Of a stretch of DNA of 64,000 nt, positions 38,046 through 51,500 are shown one piece after another. Position 1 is the stretch's first letter. The number at the start of each line of letters is the position of its first letter. Under the pieces are notes generated by a model. It was not told the origin of the DNA. It did no database searches and was given only the letters and a program-made list of their open reading frames with translations. This stretch comes from Chara braunii (lineage: Eukaryota > Plantae > Charophyceae). The position numbers and the translations under genes are program-made. Location of the stretch: positions 3,523,312 through 3,587,311 of the forward strand of contig BFEA01000012.1 of NCBI GenBank assembly GCA_003427395.1, read 5' to 3'.

Positions 38046-41000
38046 CCCTCAATCAGTGCTGAACGCAGCCCACTTCCAGTTCACCAACAAGCAAAAATAT
38101 GACAACGGTTTTCGAACGAGGGTTTTGCTTTTGCCCCAACTCGTCACTTTTGAGGAGCTGCTACTTGCCTGGACCCTACAGTGCCTCCCTCCACAAAGAA
38201 AAGCCTAGAACCACCTTCCAAAAAGGTCCTACCACTATGCCAGGACAACACAGACTCTGCGCGCAGGTCCTGGGTTCGAAACTCGCTAGCTTCACAACAG
38301 TAAAGAAAAACAAAACTTACTTACTTCATTTGGTTCCAGACTCTAACAAGAACAACAAGCACTTGATGAAATACAGCAAACACAGACTCTGAGCGTCAGG
38401 TCGCGGGTTCAAGTCCCCGCAATTCCCCCCTCAGTTCGAACTTTGAAGTCTTTTGAGAACATTACGAGCTTTCCTACGGAAAAGAGGTAGTGGCATTACA
38501 GCATTTGCACTGAAAATGAACATAACAGAAAGTGGACAAGTGCACTGAACTCTAAATTCAGTACGTACTACGTACAGCACGAAGTCTGAAAATTGCAAAA
38601 GTTTAAATCAATTGCTGCACCCAGAAACCCAAAAAACAAGGTTTGGACAGCAACATGAGACCTCATTGAGTCAGAAATCAGAGGCAAATGGAGACAGACA
38701 AAAAACTGATTAAAAGCCAAAGCAGACGAAAGAGGTCAGCACCATCAAGAGGAAGTTTCAGCGGATCTGGCTACTTGAGAATACAATGGCAAAGATTTTA
38801 AGTGTCTGTAATACTCTGTATCTGAAGTGGAAATGCTAACACAACTCTCAGAAATCCCTGATCAACGGCTGCAATCTATTCGTCTGGTGAAGATCAACGG
38901 CTGAAGATCTTAGCCCTGCCGCTGCGTAGACAATCCACAGGTTATGGTGAAGATGGTTATGGTGCTGATCAACGGCTGCAATCAGCACCCAGGTTATGGT
39001 GAAGATGATTTTACCCTCTGAAGAGTTTGACAATCTTAGCCCTGGCGCTGGGTCGACAAACCACAAGGGGAGGCGTGGTGTGGGTACTCATGTAAGGGTT
39101 GCTTGACCCAATTTTCAGAAATTATCGATCTATTCGCGCCAAAAAAAAAGACTAAGTATATGCTAGGCTGCTAGCGAATAAATACATTGCTGCATACTCG
39201 CGCCAAAAAAAAAAGAGTAAGTATATGCTAAGCGACATAAGCGTGTAATAAATATTTAAGTTGCTGCGTTTACTTTCCCGAAGCTGCCTCTCATGTTGGG
39301 CAACTACTTGAGGTGCCGTTCACATTAGCTCAGTGTGATCAGTTGATTCGTTGTCTGTGTCATCAAGGTAGTATTTGAAGTCGACCCTGGAAACGATGCT
39401 GTCTCTTCCCCCTCGTTGTCGCACCAACCTATGCTCCGATGTTCCATATCCATCCATTGTGGGAGGATGCATATTCCTCCTGACTGTGAGTTATACTGTC
39501 AATGTTCTACATCCATCCATGCTGGGAGGAGGCATATTCCTCCTGCTTGTGAGTTTTGATGCTGTGTAGGACAACAATTTGGAGGCGTGCAACACATGAT
39601 GTCTTCAGACGTGGAGGTATGTCCACGAGGGAGGAAGGTCCATTTGGATAATCAGCGGCAACATGCATACCCCCCAAAGGGCCCCAAGGTCTGCACCACT
39701 TACACCACCACTAGTATCACTACCTTTCTCAGTGTTGGGAAAAGCGGGAAAATAGGATATACCACAAATTGTCCTTCGGGACATCCGTTAAAACTGGAAC
39801 GATACAGAGAATGAAGATTAGCATGGCCCCTGGGCTTTCAAGGATGACACGCATAAATCGAGAAATGGTCCAAATTAACAAGGATATACCACAAACTTCA
39901 GCGCTCCCGTGGAGGCTCGGCAAGAAAGAAAGAAAAAAAAAAGAACAGGACATTGCAGGCCCGCGTTGAAAAAAAAAAGAAAAAAAGCAAGCACTTTGAA
40001 TCCAGCGACGTCGGGGAAGGACCTCATGGAGGTGGAAGTGACACCAGTGCTTTGAGGAATGCATCTGGCCAGTATGTGTGGAACGTGATTGCTTCTGTTT
40101 TTGTTTTTTCTTTTGTTCTGCTTGCTTTCGTGTGGTGCCCTGCCAGAGCGGCAGGGCGGATTCCACGTGGGGCAACAAACTGCCTCACTCACCTCTTACT
40201 CACACTTGTACTGTAGGGTCCTGTATCGGACCGCGATCACAGCATAGGGGATTTTTTTTTTTTTCATTACTCTGCGCCCTCACTGAGGGCACAGTCTCAG
40301 TAGCGCCTCATAGGATGTATTTGACCAGTATGTGTGGAACGTGAATACTGTTTTTTGTTTTTTTGTGTTTTTTGTTTTTTTTTTCTAGGAAGATTCTCAC
40401 GCCCGGCCGGTCCTGCCCGGCCGGGCACCCGGGCGTGCAAAGAACAAAAAAAAAAAAAGATCTTTTTTTTTTTGGTTTTCTGCGCTCTCCCAGAGGACTC
40501 CATATCCGGGCTCATTTCGTTTTTTGCGAGTTGGCTGTCAAGGGGGGGGAGGGGGGTATAAATTGGTTTTAAAGGGGCTAATGGGGTCTAAAGGGGGGTG
40601 CCTTTGTGTGATTCGGTTATTTTCTTTTTTATCTCCGATTCTGTGAGGAATTATAGTGTGACCCGCAGCAAAAGGCGTTTCTATTTCAATCCTACACAAC
40701 ATGTTTTTTTTCCGGAATTTTTTTAGGTTTTTTTTTTTTTTTTTTGGACGCATGGGCTGCCCGGGGGTCATGCCCGGCCGGGCACCCGGGCGTGTACCCG
40801 GGCAGAAGTTGGGTGCCCAGGCGCCCGGGGAAACAGCCTAGTTTTATATAGCGCCCTGCCAGTGAGGCAGGGTGTGCAATACGCAGGGCAGCAGACTGCC
40901 TCATATTCAACTAGTACTGTGTCTTCCTGTATCGGACCGCGATCGCAGCATAAGGGGTGTTTTTAACTGTTTTTTTTTTGTCCTTCACTTCTAAGTCGAA

Positions 41001-41317
41001 CAGACGCCCTCACTGAGGGCACAGTCTCACAAGCACCTCGTAGAATGTATCTGATGGCTATGATGGCGTTAGGGAAGTTTCCTTCTTTTTCCCTTCTTCT
41101 TCTTTTCTTTTTTTTTCCCCTTTGTTTTTTGGCTGTGCACTGGACTTGTATTGTCGGTCCAAGTACACACAAAATCCACAGCGTAGTCCAGAGATGGTGA
41201 GACCAGATTAGCGCAGCTCAAAAACTCCAATGAATGGTCTTATCATACAAAGCCAGAGTTCATGTCACCAAGCGCTGAACAACGCATCATCCTATCATGC
41301 AGATAAGTAGCTTCCCC

Positions 41318-41388
<71 letters not shown>

Positions 41389-44300
41389 NNNNNNNNNNNN
41401 NNNNNNNNNNNNNNNNNNNNNNNNNNNNNNNNNNNNNNNNNNNNNNNNNNNNNNNNNNNNNNNNNNNNNNNNNNNNNNNNNNNNNNNNNNNNNNNNNNNN
41501 NNNNNNNNNNNNNNNNNNNNNNNNNNNNNNNNNNNNNNNNNNNNNNNNNNNNNNNNNNNNNNNNNNNNNNNNNNNNNNNNNNNNNNNNNNNNNNNNNNNN
41601 NNNNNNNNNNNNNNNNNNNNNNNNNNNNNNNNNNNNNNNNNNNNNNNNNNNNNNNNNNNNNNNNNNNNNNNNNNNNNNNNNNNTGAACATCAACTATACA
41701 TCCGCTTACTACTCACACTCTACGACTACTACTAACATGCGGCTATGGGCGCCTGCCTGCCTAAGAAGAGCACTGCCCAGCAGGGCCTTTAGCGCTCAGC
41801 CACTCTTGATAGCGCACACGCACCAGCAGCGCTTCCACTTTCTCACGAAAGAGCAATGTGCCCGAAATGTGGCCGGGCGGTCCCTATATTGACTTTGACT
41901 GGCCCTTGACTCGTCCCAGCCTCGGCTTCTCTTGGCTTGACTGGGACCCGGTACTGGTTGCCCACGGCCTGTTTGCTTTTGGAATGTCAACGTCCAGTAC
42001 CTTCCAGTGTTTTCCTTGGTGTACTACTATTGACCCCTGCAATACCGGACAAGAAGTGGGAAACTTGACCGTGATTTCACACAGGCTCAAGCAGGAGCCT
42101 CCAAGGCCTTCCGTCGCCCAGAACAGACAGGACATACAGTTTCACCAGGGAGGGGATGAACAAACAGACTCCCGAGTCCTGACCAATCGGGCGTCAAGGC
42201 CTTTGTCCCCCAGAACAGACAGGACAGCCTCAACACAAGGCATTCATAGAGTTGCACCGGGGAGGGGATGAACAAACCGACGAGAAGGAGACCAGTTGGG
42301 GGTCACCGGCCGGCAGCGGTGCTACCTTAATCACAGGCAGGGGACAGGAAAAAAGGGCAGCGCAGACTTACCATTCGGTGCTTCTAACCGAGTCTCCACA
42401 TGTGCCTTTTTACTTTCTTGAGCCTATCCACAGATGCCACACCCATCACATCACAAGCAGAAAAAAACACAAAGTGGCACAAAAACATTTATTTATTGGC
42501 TTGAAACCTAGAACCCAGACATTTAATTGTTTGAAACAAAGCACAGCAACATGCAAAGCAGTGAAAGCACCAAACAATTGTTCGGACGTACCCAGCCATG
42601 AAGAGAAACCAATGCATTGTAATTTTTTATCATTGCCAGAGATGAAGAGACCACACTGTAAATCGCCAAACAGTACAGGCAAAAGTCTTAGGACATACTC
42701 ACACACATACATTTTCCCAAGTAAATCTGGCGGTCACCACGGTCAGATACGTCCAGCAAAGCACAAGTGTGAGGACACCCCCTTAGACTGACTTCATAGT
42801 ATTCATACCCCACATCCCATCTAGAGGATGCCAGATGAGAAGTCGTTACTTTTCAGTTTTCATCGATTTCTCTTGCCTGTCCAGTTTCCCTTTTTTTTTT
42901 CACCTCGCCTTCATCCATACAACCGTTACAACAATGCCATTGAAGAGAATACAAGGACAATTGTCTCGCCAGCATTGGCTTGGATTTTTTTTATTTTTAT
43001 TTTTTAGGGGTTGTTCATGCATCCTTATGGTCACAGTACGCACAGCTTTATCTAACGGATAACATTTTGTTGGTTTGGAACGCAGGTGCAAGCGTAAGAC
43101 ACAAACTTCCAAGCCCAACAGAACTTATTCCAGACAACCCGCATGGCCCAACACGGGAGTAATGCCCCATTCTGCCCTGCTGCCAGCAAAGACAGGCAAG
43201 TGAAGAGAGAGTGCTTGGACCACAGTCATAGCTATCAGAGATAGGGGGAGGGTAGAGTACAAGGGTGGCGGCTAGAGACATGAGAGAGAGAGAGAGAAGA
43301 GCCCTGAGGATCGAGGAAGCTTACCTGGTGACTGGTAGCCATATCCACATTTAAGAAGAACACTCCAAAACTGCAAGGGAGGGATCAGCAGTCTTCAATC
43401 AAGACTTCCCATCCTTCTGGCGCACCACTGGGAAGTCTGGCGAGGAGGGAGGCTAGACTGACTTAGTGTTGACGAGGCTAGAGAAATGCTTCCTCATTGG
43501 AGACGAGGGTTTGCCATAGCCAGGGTTAATGAGAAATGGAAATTGGGGTAGAAGACACTAAGGAGGATGGGAGAGAAACTCAATGACACCTGGTCTTTTC
43601 TCTTTTGATACTTGAGTGCAGTGCTACACACAAGGGGGTGGCAGACCATGTAATGAATCTTTCGTTTGATGCAATTGTTTATTCAATTCATATTGTATAT
43701 GAATCACTGCTGGGTGGCTGCCCAGCCAGGGACACCTAGGCCGGCAGCCCAGTGAACACTTGCCCAGCAAGATTCTCTTCCTCTGAGCAGTCAGAATCCA
43801 GCCTTACCTTCCAATTCGGTGATGGGTCACCAAAGCGGGTTGGGGGGTATAAACAGGGCTTAGGGTTGAACGGCCATACCTCTTTTTCCCTATTTAATTT
43901 TCTTCTTGAGATTAGTACGGAACTACGAGGAGACCCTCAGTGAAAAGTGGCTTGTATTGCAGTTTTACACAACATATGTTTTTTACAGAATTAAAGAGAA
44001 ATTTTATTTATTTATTTCCATTTTTGGCTGTGTTAAATATTGTGCGCTGGGAGTGCCCGGGACCTCGCTGAGACCTCGCCCAGCCAGCCCCCCTGCAAGG
44101 TACCTGGGCAGGCAGAGCCAGTCCGGGCCGCCCCCGGATCAGCCCCACAACCTATGTTTCTTACAGAACTTCCAACTTTTTTTCTTTTTTTGGTTTTACA
44201 TATTGTGTGCCAGGACTGACTGGGACCCTGTTGGGACCCTGCCCAGCCAGGCCTCCAGGTGGTACCTGGGCAGAGCCAGTCCGCAGCACCCGGGGACCAG

Positions 44301-46511
44301 CCTTCATACCAATATATTATGAATCTATAATATTATTGTTGTTGTTTGCTGGTTCCATTAAAGATTGGCTTGACTTAAACCACCTGCAGAGGGGTAAAGC
44401 CTTGACGTTTGGTGTGTTGCAAGAGTTTTGAGTCTTTTGACTCTTTTGAGTCCTGGACGTGCAAGAAGGCCAAGTTCACTGTGATTGTCAGTGCTCTGCA
44501 CAGGATTGTTGCGGATTCAGTTCCAGATCGTCGGATGGTAAGTTCAGTTGTTCAGGTGAAGATGGAGATCCGGCAGAGAAAACTACCCGGACCATTTCTT
44601 TGACCGAGAGATAATAAAATTTTCACGTGACAAGGGTGAAGAGTGAAAAAAACAGAATGGTTGGCTACGACTTGGGATACGCCCGAGACGAGAAAGAGAT
44701 TAGCAGTGAGGCATGAAATGAAGTGGGGTAGAAGTAGGAAGTGCGGTTAACTCTTCCATTCGGAAGCAATCAATGCCTCTACTGCATAGGAACCAGGGCT
44801 AGGTCCATAGTTTCCAAAGTCCTACCGGGTTGTTTCAAGATAGGAGCAGGGTACCAGGGTCCAAAGAATGGTCCAGGTCAGGTCCAGTATCTTGGCGTAG
44901 GGAGAGCTTGAACCATTGTCTCTAGAATTGAGCAAGTTAGACTAAGTCTGTATGATGTTGTGCTGTGACCTGGGTAGGTAGGTACCCAGGGCTCGAGCAG
45001 GGCCTGGTTGTTTATCAAGGATATTACGGGTACTGGTTGCGAGGACTGGAAGCTAACTGCATTTAACGATGAATGGGTTTGACCATACGGCGGGAAACGG
45101 CAGATGGGGGCACAAATCCTGGCGACACGTTGGGTTCTGTCCTTTTGTTTGTACTCATATGATTGCACTCGCACGCAGGGCACAATCATACCACTAGCAG
45201 CAGACACAACAGCGGACGGCACAAGTGGTTAAGGCCTCCGTTAACCATCTCTCCTGGACGGCTTTGCCGAGTGTGCTCTCTATGTCCATACTTGTGTGTC
45301 TGCTGTTCTATTGCTTTCTTAAACCAGCATTATGTGTCCTGTGTGAATCGAGTCTGTGAGAACATATATGTATGACAGTTTCACAGGGTCGGAGTTACAG
45401 GACCAAAATGGCTGGTGGCGCCAGCCAAAAAAGATGAAACCGGCCTGCCTCCAGCTGGTTTGCTACATACTTGATGTCAAGAGCGCTTTGCGACTTTCCA
45501 GGAGTCATGTTACTAGGCTTGCTCTTGATAGCCTCCTGGCAATGTATTTTTATAAAGAATACAGGATCTGCAAAATTCTCTTCAGGTGAAAATCACGTGC
45601 CCGCTGCTGGTGGTTTAAGGATTGATTGGCATCGCTGCGCTCTGCTAAGTGGGCTTGCTGCAAATGATAAAAACAAACGCATGCACTTTTTTAATACTGA
45701 ACAGCAGAAAGTTACCTCCATCTTGCTGATCAACCCTTCCATTTCCGGCCGTTTGATCTCCGAATCTGCAAAAAAAAACAGAAAAAAAAGGCACCACAAC
45801 AAGTTTAGCAACTTAGCACACAGGCGTAAGGCTGGAGGCATATCAGTGATTTCACCCAACAAAAGAGTACGGGACAGAAGGTGCACGACAAATTCGAGCG
45901 CAAGCTACACGCAACTCCACAGCAAATCAAACCTCCCAACTGCTGAGCCCAGATACCAATCCTCTCAAATTTCAGCTCGATCCCTTCTGTCCAGGTCCCA
46001 ATCTGCATACAGTGGTATTACAGCCACGTCCTACTGTACCCTAACCCTTGAGCTTAATCACCTTGATTTTCATTCCTGATGTAAGCAAAAAGAAGGAGGG
46101 TAGTCCCTATCATTGTTGCCTATCTGCAGGGAAGATTTCTGAAAGTGCCACTGCCCCCTACCGAGTTGATAATCCATGACGAGGCTGCATGCATCCGTGA
46201 CGAGGCTGCATGCAACTGTCAATTCCAAGCTGGCTGGTCTGCACAATTTTAAATTTTTCCTTTTTTTTTTAATAAAAAGGTTGTCCAGGTTGGAGATGGC
46301 TTAGGGGGTCCTTATTGCAGGGCCATCAGGACAGCAGGCCCCACATGGGAGCCAATGATCCGCACTTACCACAGCAGGCGGAGGCCAGTGACACCACAGT
46401 CCAAGCCAGTACCACACTCTCTGATCTTATCCACTGAAGGTCCTACGCCCGGTGGTGATCGTATATCCCACCTCTTCCCCGCGCCCCCTAACTCCACACT
46501 CTGGGACAGAC

Positions 46512-46561
<50 letters not shown>

Positions 46562-48401
46562 TCTCAAGATCAGGTTCTCTAACCTCACTATATGTTTCCC
46601 CTTTTATAATCCTCCCAGTTTTTTTCTGATCCTACACTGCTATATTGGCGTGATAGTGTACAATCTGTTTCATGCATTCCAATCTTTTTTGAAGTTTTTT
46701 CCAGTTTATTTTTGCATCATTTTTCTCCTTCTGGTAAATCCCTCAAGGTTAGCTCTCTCTTAGCGTTGTTAGGTGTAGCCCACCGAGGGGTTTAAAGGCT
46801 GTGAAAATGATGCAAAATAATTTAATAAATCCCAACAAAATGGAAACCATGCAACTGATTGTACAGTACTGCGCCAATATGGAAGCGTAGGAGTAGGAAA
46901 AGGATTGGGAATATATTAATATAATACACATATAAGAGAAAATATGTAGTGCGGTTAGAGAGCCTGATCTTAAGAGGTGTGGGGGTGTATCCAAGAGGGT
47001 GGAGTTAAGGTGTGTGGGGAAGGGATGGGACATACGATCACCACCGGGAGTGAGACTTTCAGGGGGTAAGATCAGAGAGTCTAGCACAATTTTTCATCCT
47101 GCACGCCACCTCAAAATTTCTGCCGCTCCACATGCACGGGCACATTGTTAGGGCAGTGGTGGTTTAAGCACACAGAACCGACAGTTCTTAACGTGTGCCA
47201 TTCAATCAGCCACGGTATACATCGTCGGTCCCGCCAGACTAAACCACTCGTACTCTTAACGGCCTCATTCATTCCTACCAGCTGTGGATAAGCCCCATAC
47301 AGGTGGGGGCTCATGACAGGGCCCGTAACATCCCAGTTGCATTTCATTTCCACCCCCCCACTGCCCATTGTGCATTCTGAAACCACTGCCCCAACACCGT
47401 TTCTTGTTGGTGGAGTCATTAGGGGGTCGGGACCCAAAACCAAAAAATACTTTCCTTTTTTTTTTCTTTTTTGCGGGGTGCCGACGAACCCCGACCGGTA
47501 GGTGCTGACCAGCCAACCGGTCGTCTGTTCAGCATCCTACCAGTCAAGGGCCGCCGACTGTCGGGGTATGCAACCATGATCATATGCAAAATTTTGAGAC
47601 TGCGCTCTGCAATGTCACAAGCATTGTGATACAGTATGTGAACCTGCAGTAGTCCTCCAGCCTTCCGAGGTAAGGGAGGTTGGGAAAACAGGCAAAGGAG
47701 AAGCTCAGAGGCCAGGGAGGAAAAGCAAAAAGCATACCATGACAATATAGAGAAAAGGGTATTTGCCATGGTAACCGCCCGGACGTCCCGACCGGGTTCC
47801 AGACAGTCCGGACCGGTCCTTATGTCCAGATGGAGGTCCCCAAGGCAAAATTTGAAAAAAAAAACGGGGTGGCGCAGGGCGTTTATCGGGTCCTGGCCGC
47901 CCCTCGAAAAATAACGGGGTGATTTTTCAGTCTCATTTCACCCAACCGGACAGGGCGTAGAGGTCCGTACACAAGACACTGCAGGTTTTTGGGGTGGCGG
48001 GTTTCACACAGGCCCGAGCAATTTCAAAGCGGCCGTTTCGACGTGCCGCCCGCCGCTGCTGCCCGTTATAGNNNNNNNNNNNNNNNNNNNNNNNNNNNNN
48101 NNNNNNNNNNNNNNNNNNNNNNNNNNNNNNNNNNNNNNNNNNNNNNNNNNNNNNNNNNNNNNNNNNNNNNNNNNNNNNNNNNNNNNNNNNNNNNNNNNNN
48201 NNNNNNNNNNNNNNNNNNNNNNNNNNNNNNNNNNNNNNNNNNNNNNNNNNNNNNNNNCGGCTGACCTTACATGATTGACACGTGGAGAAACCTGTCTCTT
48301 ATACACATCTAGATGTGTATAAGAGACAGGCAGCAAGATAGTTGCTCTGCAGCCTGAACTACAAAGTGCAAAGCAGGTAAGTGCCTGTCAACAACAACAA
48401 C

Positions 48402-48485
<84 letters not shown>

Positions 48486-48488
48486 CCC

Positions 48489-48519
<31 letters not shown>

Positions 48520-51500
48520 TTTTTTTTTTTTTTCTTTTTTTTTTTGCCCGGGCATTTTGCACCCCCGGCACCGATCCGGACTGTCCGGATCACCGAACAG
48601 TCCGGACCGGTCCAGACACTAGTCCGGAAGTGTCCGGTGTCCGGGTCTGGGGTTACCATGGTATTTGCAATAGCCATTAAGAACTTAAAGGCAAAGGAGG
48701 GTGGGAGGAGGGGCAAGGCAGGCTCAGAGGTGAGCCAGTTTAGGAAAGCTCAAAGCAAAGTAGCACAGCAGAAAGCATAAGCAAAAAAGGGGACTTGTAG
48801 CAGTTATCAAAGGCTCAGCAGTAATGGAGGTTCAAAGAAAGAGAGGGGGGAGATTCAGAGTGGAAGTAGAAGTTTGAAGAACACACAGAGGGGTGCAGAA
48901 GGAGAGAAGGCATGGCCAGGCTTCTGAATTATGCAGCCCCCCTTAAACGCAGGTTCAGAATGAAGATGAACACAAAGGAGAGGATAACAAAAGGCTCAAG
49001 AATGAGCCTGTCGTTGACGATAGAGAGGACATGCATTGTAAGGATTAAAGGGATGGACACATTATATATACATATACATATGGTCATATATATACCCTAC
49101 CGTCTTCACCCGAATAGAACACCCAGTCATTATAGCTGTATTTGGCGCAGAATACAGTCCAGATGCAGCGATAATGACCGGGCATTCTATTCGGGTGAAG
49201 ACGGTAGTACTGTCTCAACATTTCCCCACATACCTGACTTCTTCAGAATATCTGATGAGATCTCGTGACCCGCTTGAGCCAATGAGATAACCTGCAATAG
49301 ATAGTCGGGATATGCGTTTAGTACTTGCTCTTAAAACTTTTTACAGTCACAAATTTCAGTTCTCAAAGCCAAGGGGGAAAAAGGAAAAATAAATGAAAAA
49401 AACTGGCAAAAGTCAGCATCACCCTGTTTATGGTTGTAATACTCGTTCTTCCTTGGGTTCTGTTTTGTGCCAGGAGGGGTATTTTAATGCCCCTCAAGGT
49501 GTGACCACGTAGAAAGGAGTATGTATAGGTCATTGCAGGTCTGTCGCACGAGCTTTCAGATCATGACACCAGCTGCCACAAGCTCCTGTTGATGCCGGGA
49601 CCAGACTGATGTCAAGGCGACAGATAGATCAGGTTCTTTGAAAAGTCGGAATTTGCTATGATCGGTAGTCTAAGCTATCATGTCGAGGCAACATCAGGTT
49701 TGTGGGAAAGTCAGAATTTCCGACCATCAATAGCCAAGCAACAATTTGCTGAAATATGTACGCCATATTCTGTTGTCTCGCGCTTGTGCTTCCGCTTGGC
49801 ATCATATTTTCTAGAGATGGAATCTGGGCCAACCTGCAATAACCTCTACATACTGCGCTCCAAAAAACACAACTCATGGGAATCCCACCCTCAACACCTG
49901 GCCACCTGGATTGCCTATCCATGGGGCGCTTCAGCACACACAGACACATCATGGGGATCACTCACGCAACACATGCCCTCTGAGTCTGTGCATAAAAGTT
50001 TTTGGACGCCACCACCAAACAGCAAACACACAGAGAATCATACAGAAGACCGGCAGATCAAGCAATTCACCCATCATCTTGCAGTCCTAGCTACAACCAC
50101 ACGGCTGAACTTGTGGCTGATGTCCTCAACTGACATGCCCTCTTCAGCAATATCAAGGCAATACAAGAATATGTATGATATAAAACTGTTAAGACATGTA
50201 TTGTCAAAGAAAAATCAATAATTATTTGATTCATAATATCCAAAAGACAGATAGAATACATATATCTACACATATACTCCCATACGGTTCTGACCTGCAT
50301 TGCTATCACAAACTCCTTATAACCAAGGAAACCCTGACGACCTACGTCTGCAATCGCCCACACCTGCAAGATCAACAAGCACGGGCCAAAGATTAGTCTT
50401 TTTGTTGTTGTTGTCTCCCTTGACCATCAGTTTGTCATATTGAAAAAAACTCGTAATGGTTTATTTACACCTGGGAAATCCACAAGGACAAACCAGCAGA
50501 GATGATATTTGCACCCCCTGATACAAAGAGCACAAGACCATTACCACCCACTGGGCTCTATCCACAACTGCGCAACTCCATCTAACCCAGAGCAATGCAA
50601 CCCGCTGTGACTATGCAAGCATGCGCTCCCCCAAAAGGTTATAACTTATAACCCACCACCGGGTTATGAATGGGCAGAAGTCGATGCTGGAAACACAACA
50701 GGCAAATACTTGGTAGGTTGGGGGAGTGGGCCTCTTTCCAATACCACATTACGCAGAATTTGCAAGGAGATTGTGGCGCAGAACCACAAAACATTTGTCA
50801 AACCACCTCAAAATGCTCTAAACATCTCTCCGTACAGACTTCACTTCTTGATGAGACCGCCGTGTTAACCCGCATTGAAAAGGACAGGAATGTCTTGTGT
50901 ACATACAAACGGTTGCATTGAAAATTTTAAGTGTTACACCCACGGTTGTTAACCAGACGTCCAGATCGGCATCCAGACGGGTCCGGTCGGGATGTCCAGA
51001 TCCAGTGTCCGGTTTGGGGGGTCCGGTTGGGGCCCATTTCTACAAAATTCAAAAAAAAAAAAGGGGTCCCCAGGCGATTTTCCAAAGCCCGGTGGACCCC
51101 CCAAAATTGTTGGCGCAGTTTTTGGTGGACCATTGGGCCAACCGGACCGGCCCTGAAGGGGCTGTACTTGCAATCTTGGGTGAACTTCAGCAGGCCAAGG
51201 AGAACTGTGTGTGTGTGTGTGTATGCGTGTGTGCGTGTGTGCGTGTGCGTGTGCATGTGCGTGTGCGTGTGTGTGTGTGTGTATGCACCAAACCTGGAAA
51301 GCAGTCCAGCATCCCATCAGAGCAGCACGATGAACTCAGTTGATAGACGACGACAGATGAAGTACTGTGCAAACACAATGTAAACTAGATGACAGACACG
51401 TAGACCAGATTAAGATGTTCATCAAAAGCCACCAACAATATAACAAGATACAGCTATCGTGGTTTTCCTAGTAGCACTATCCCTATGACATAATCCCCCC

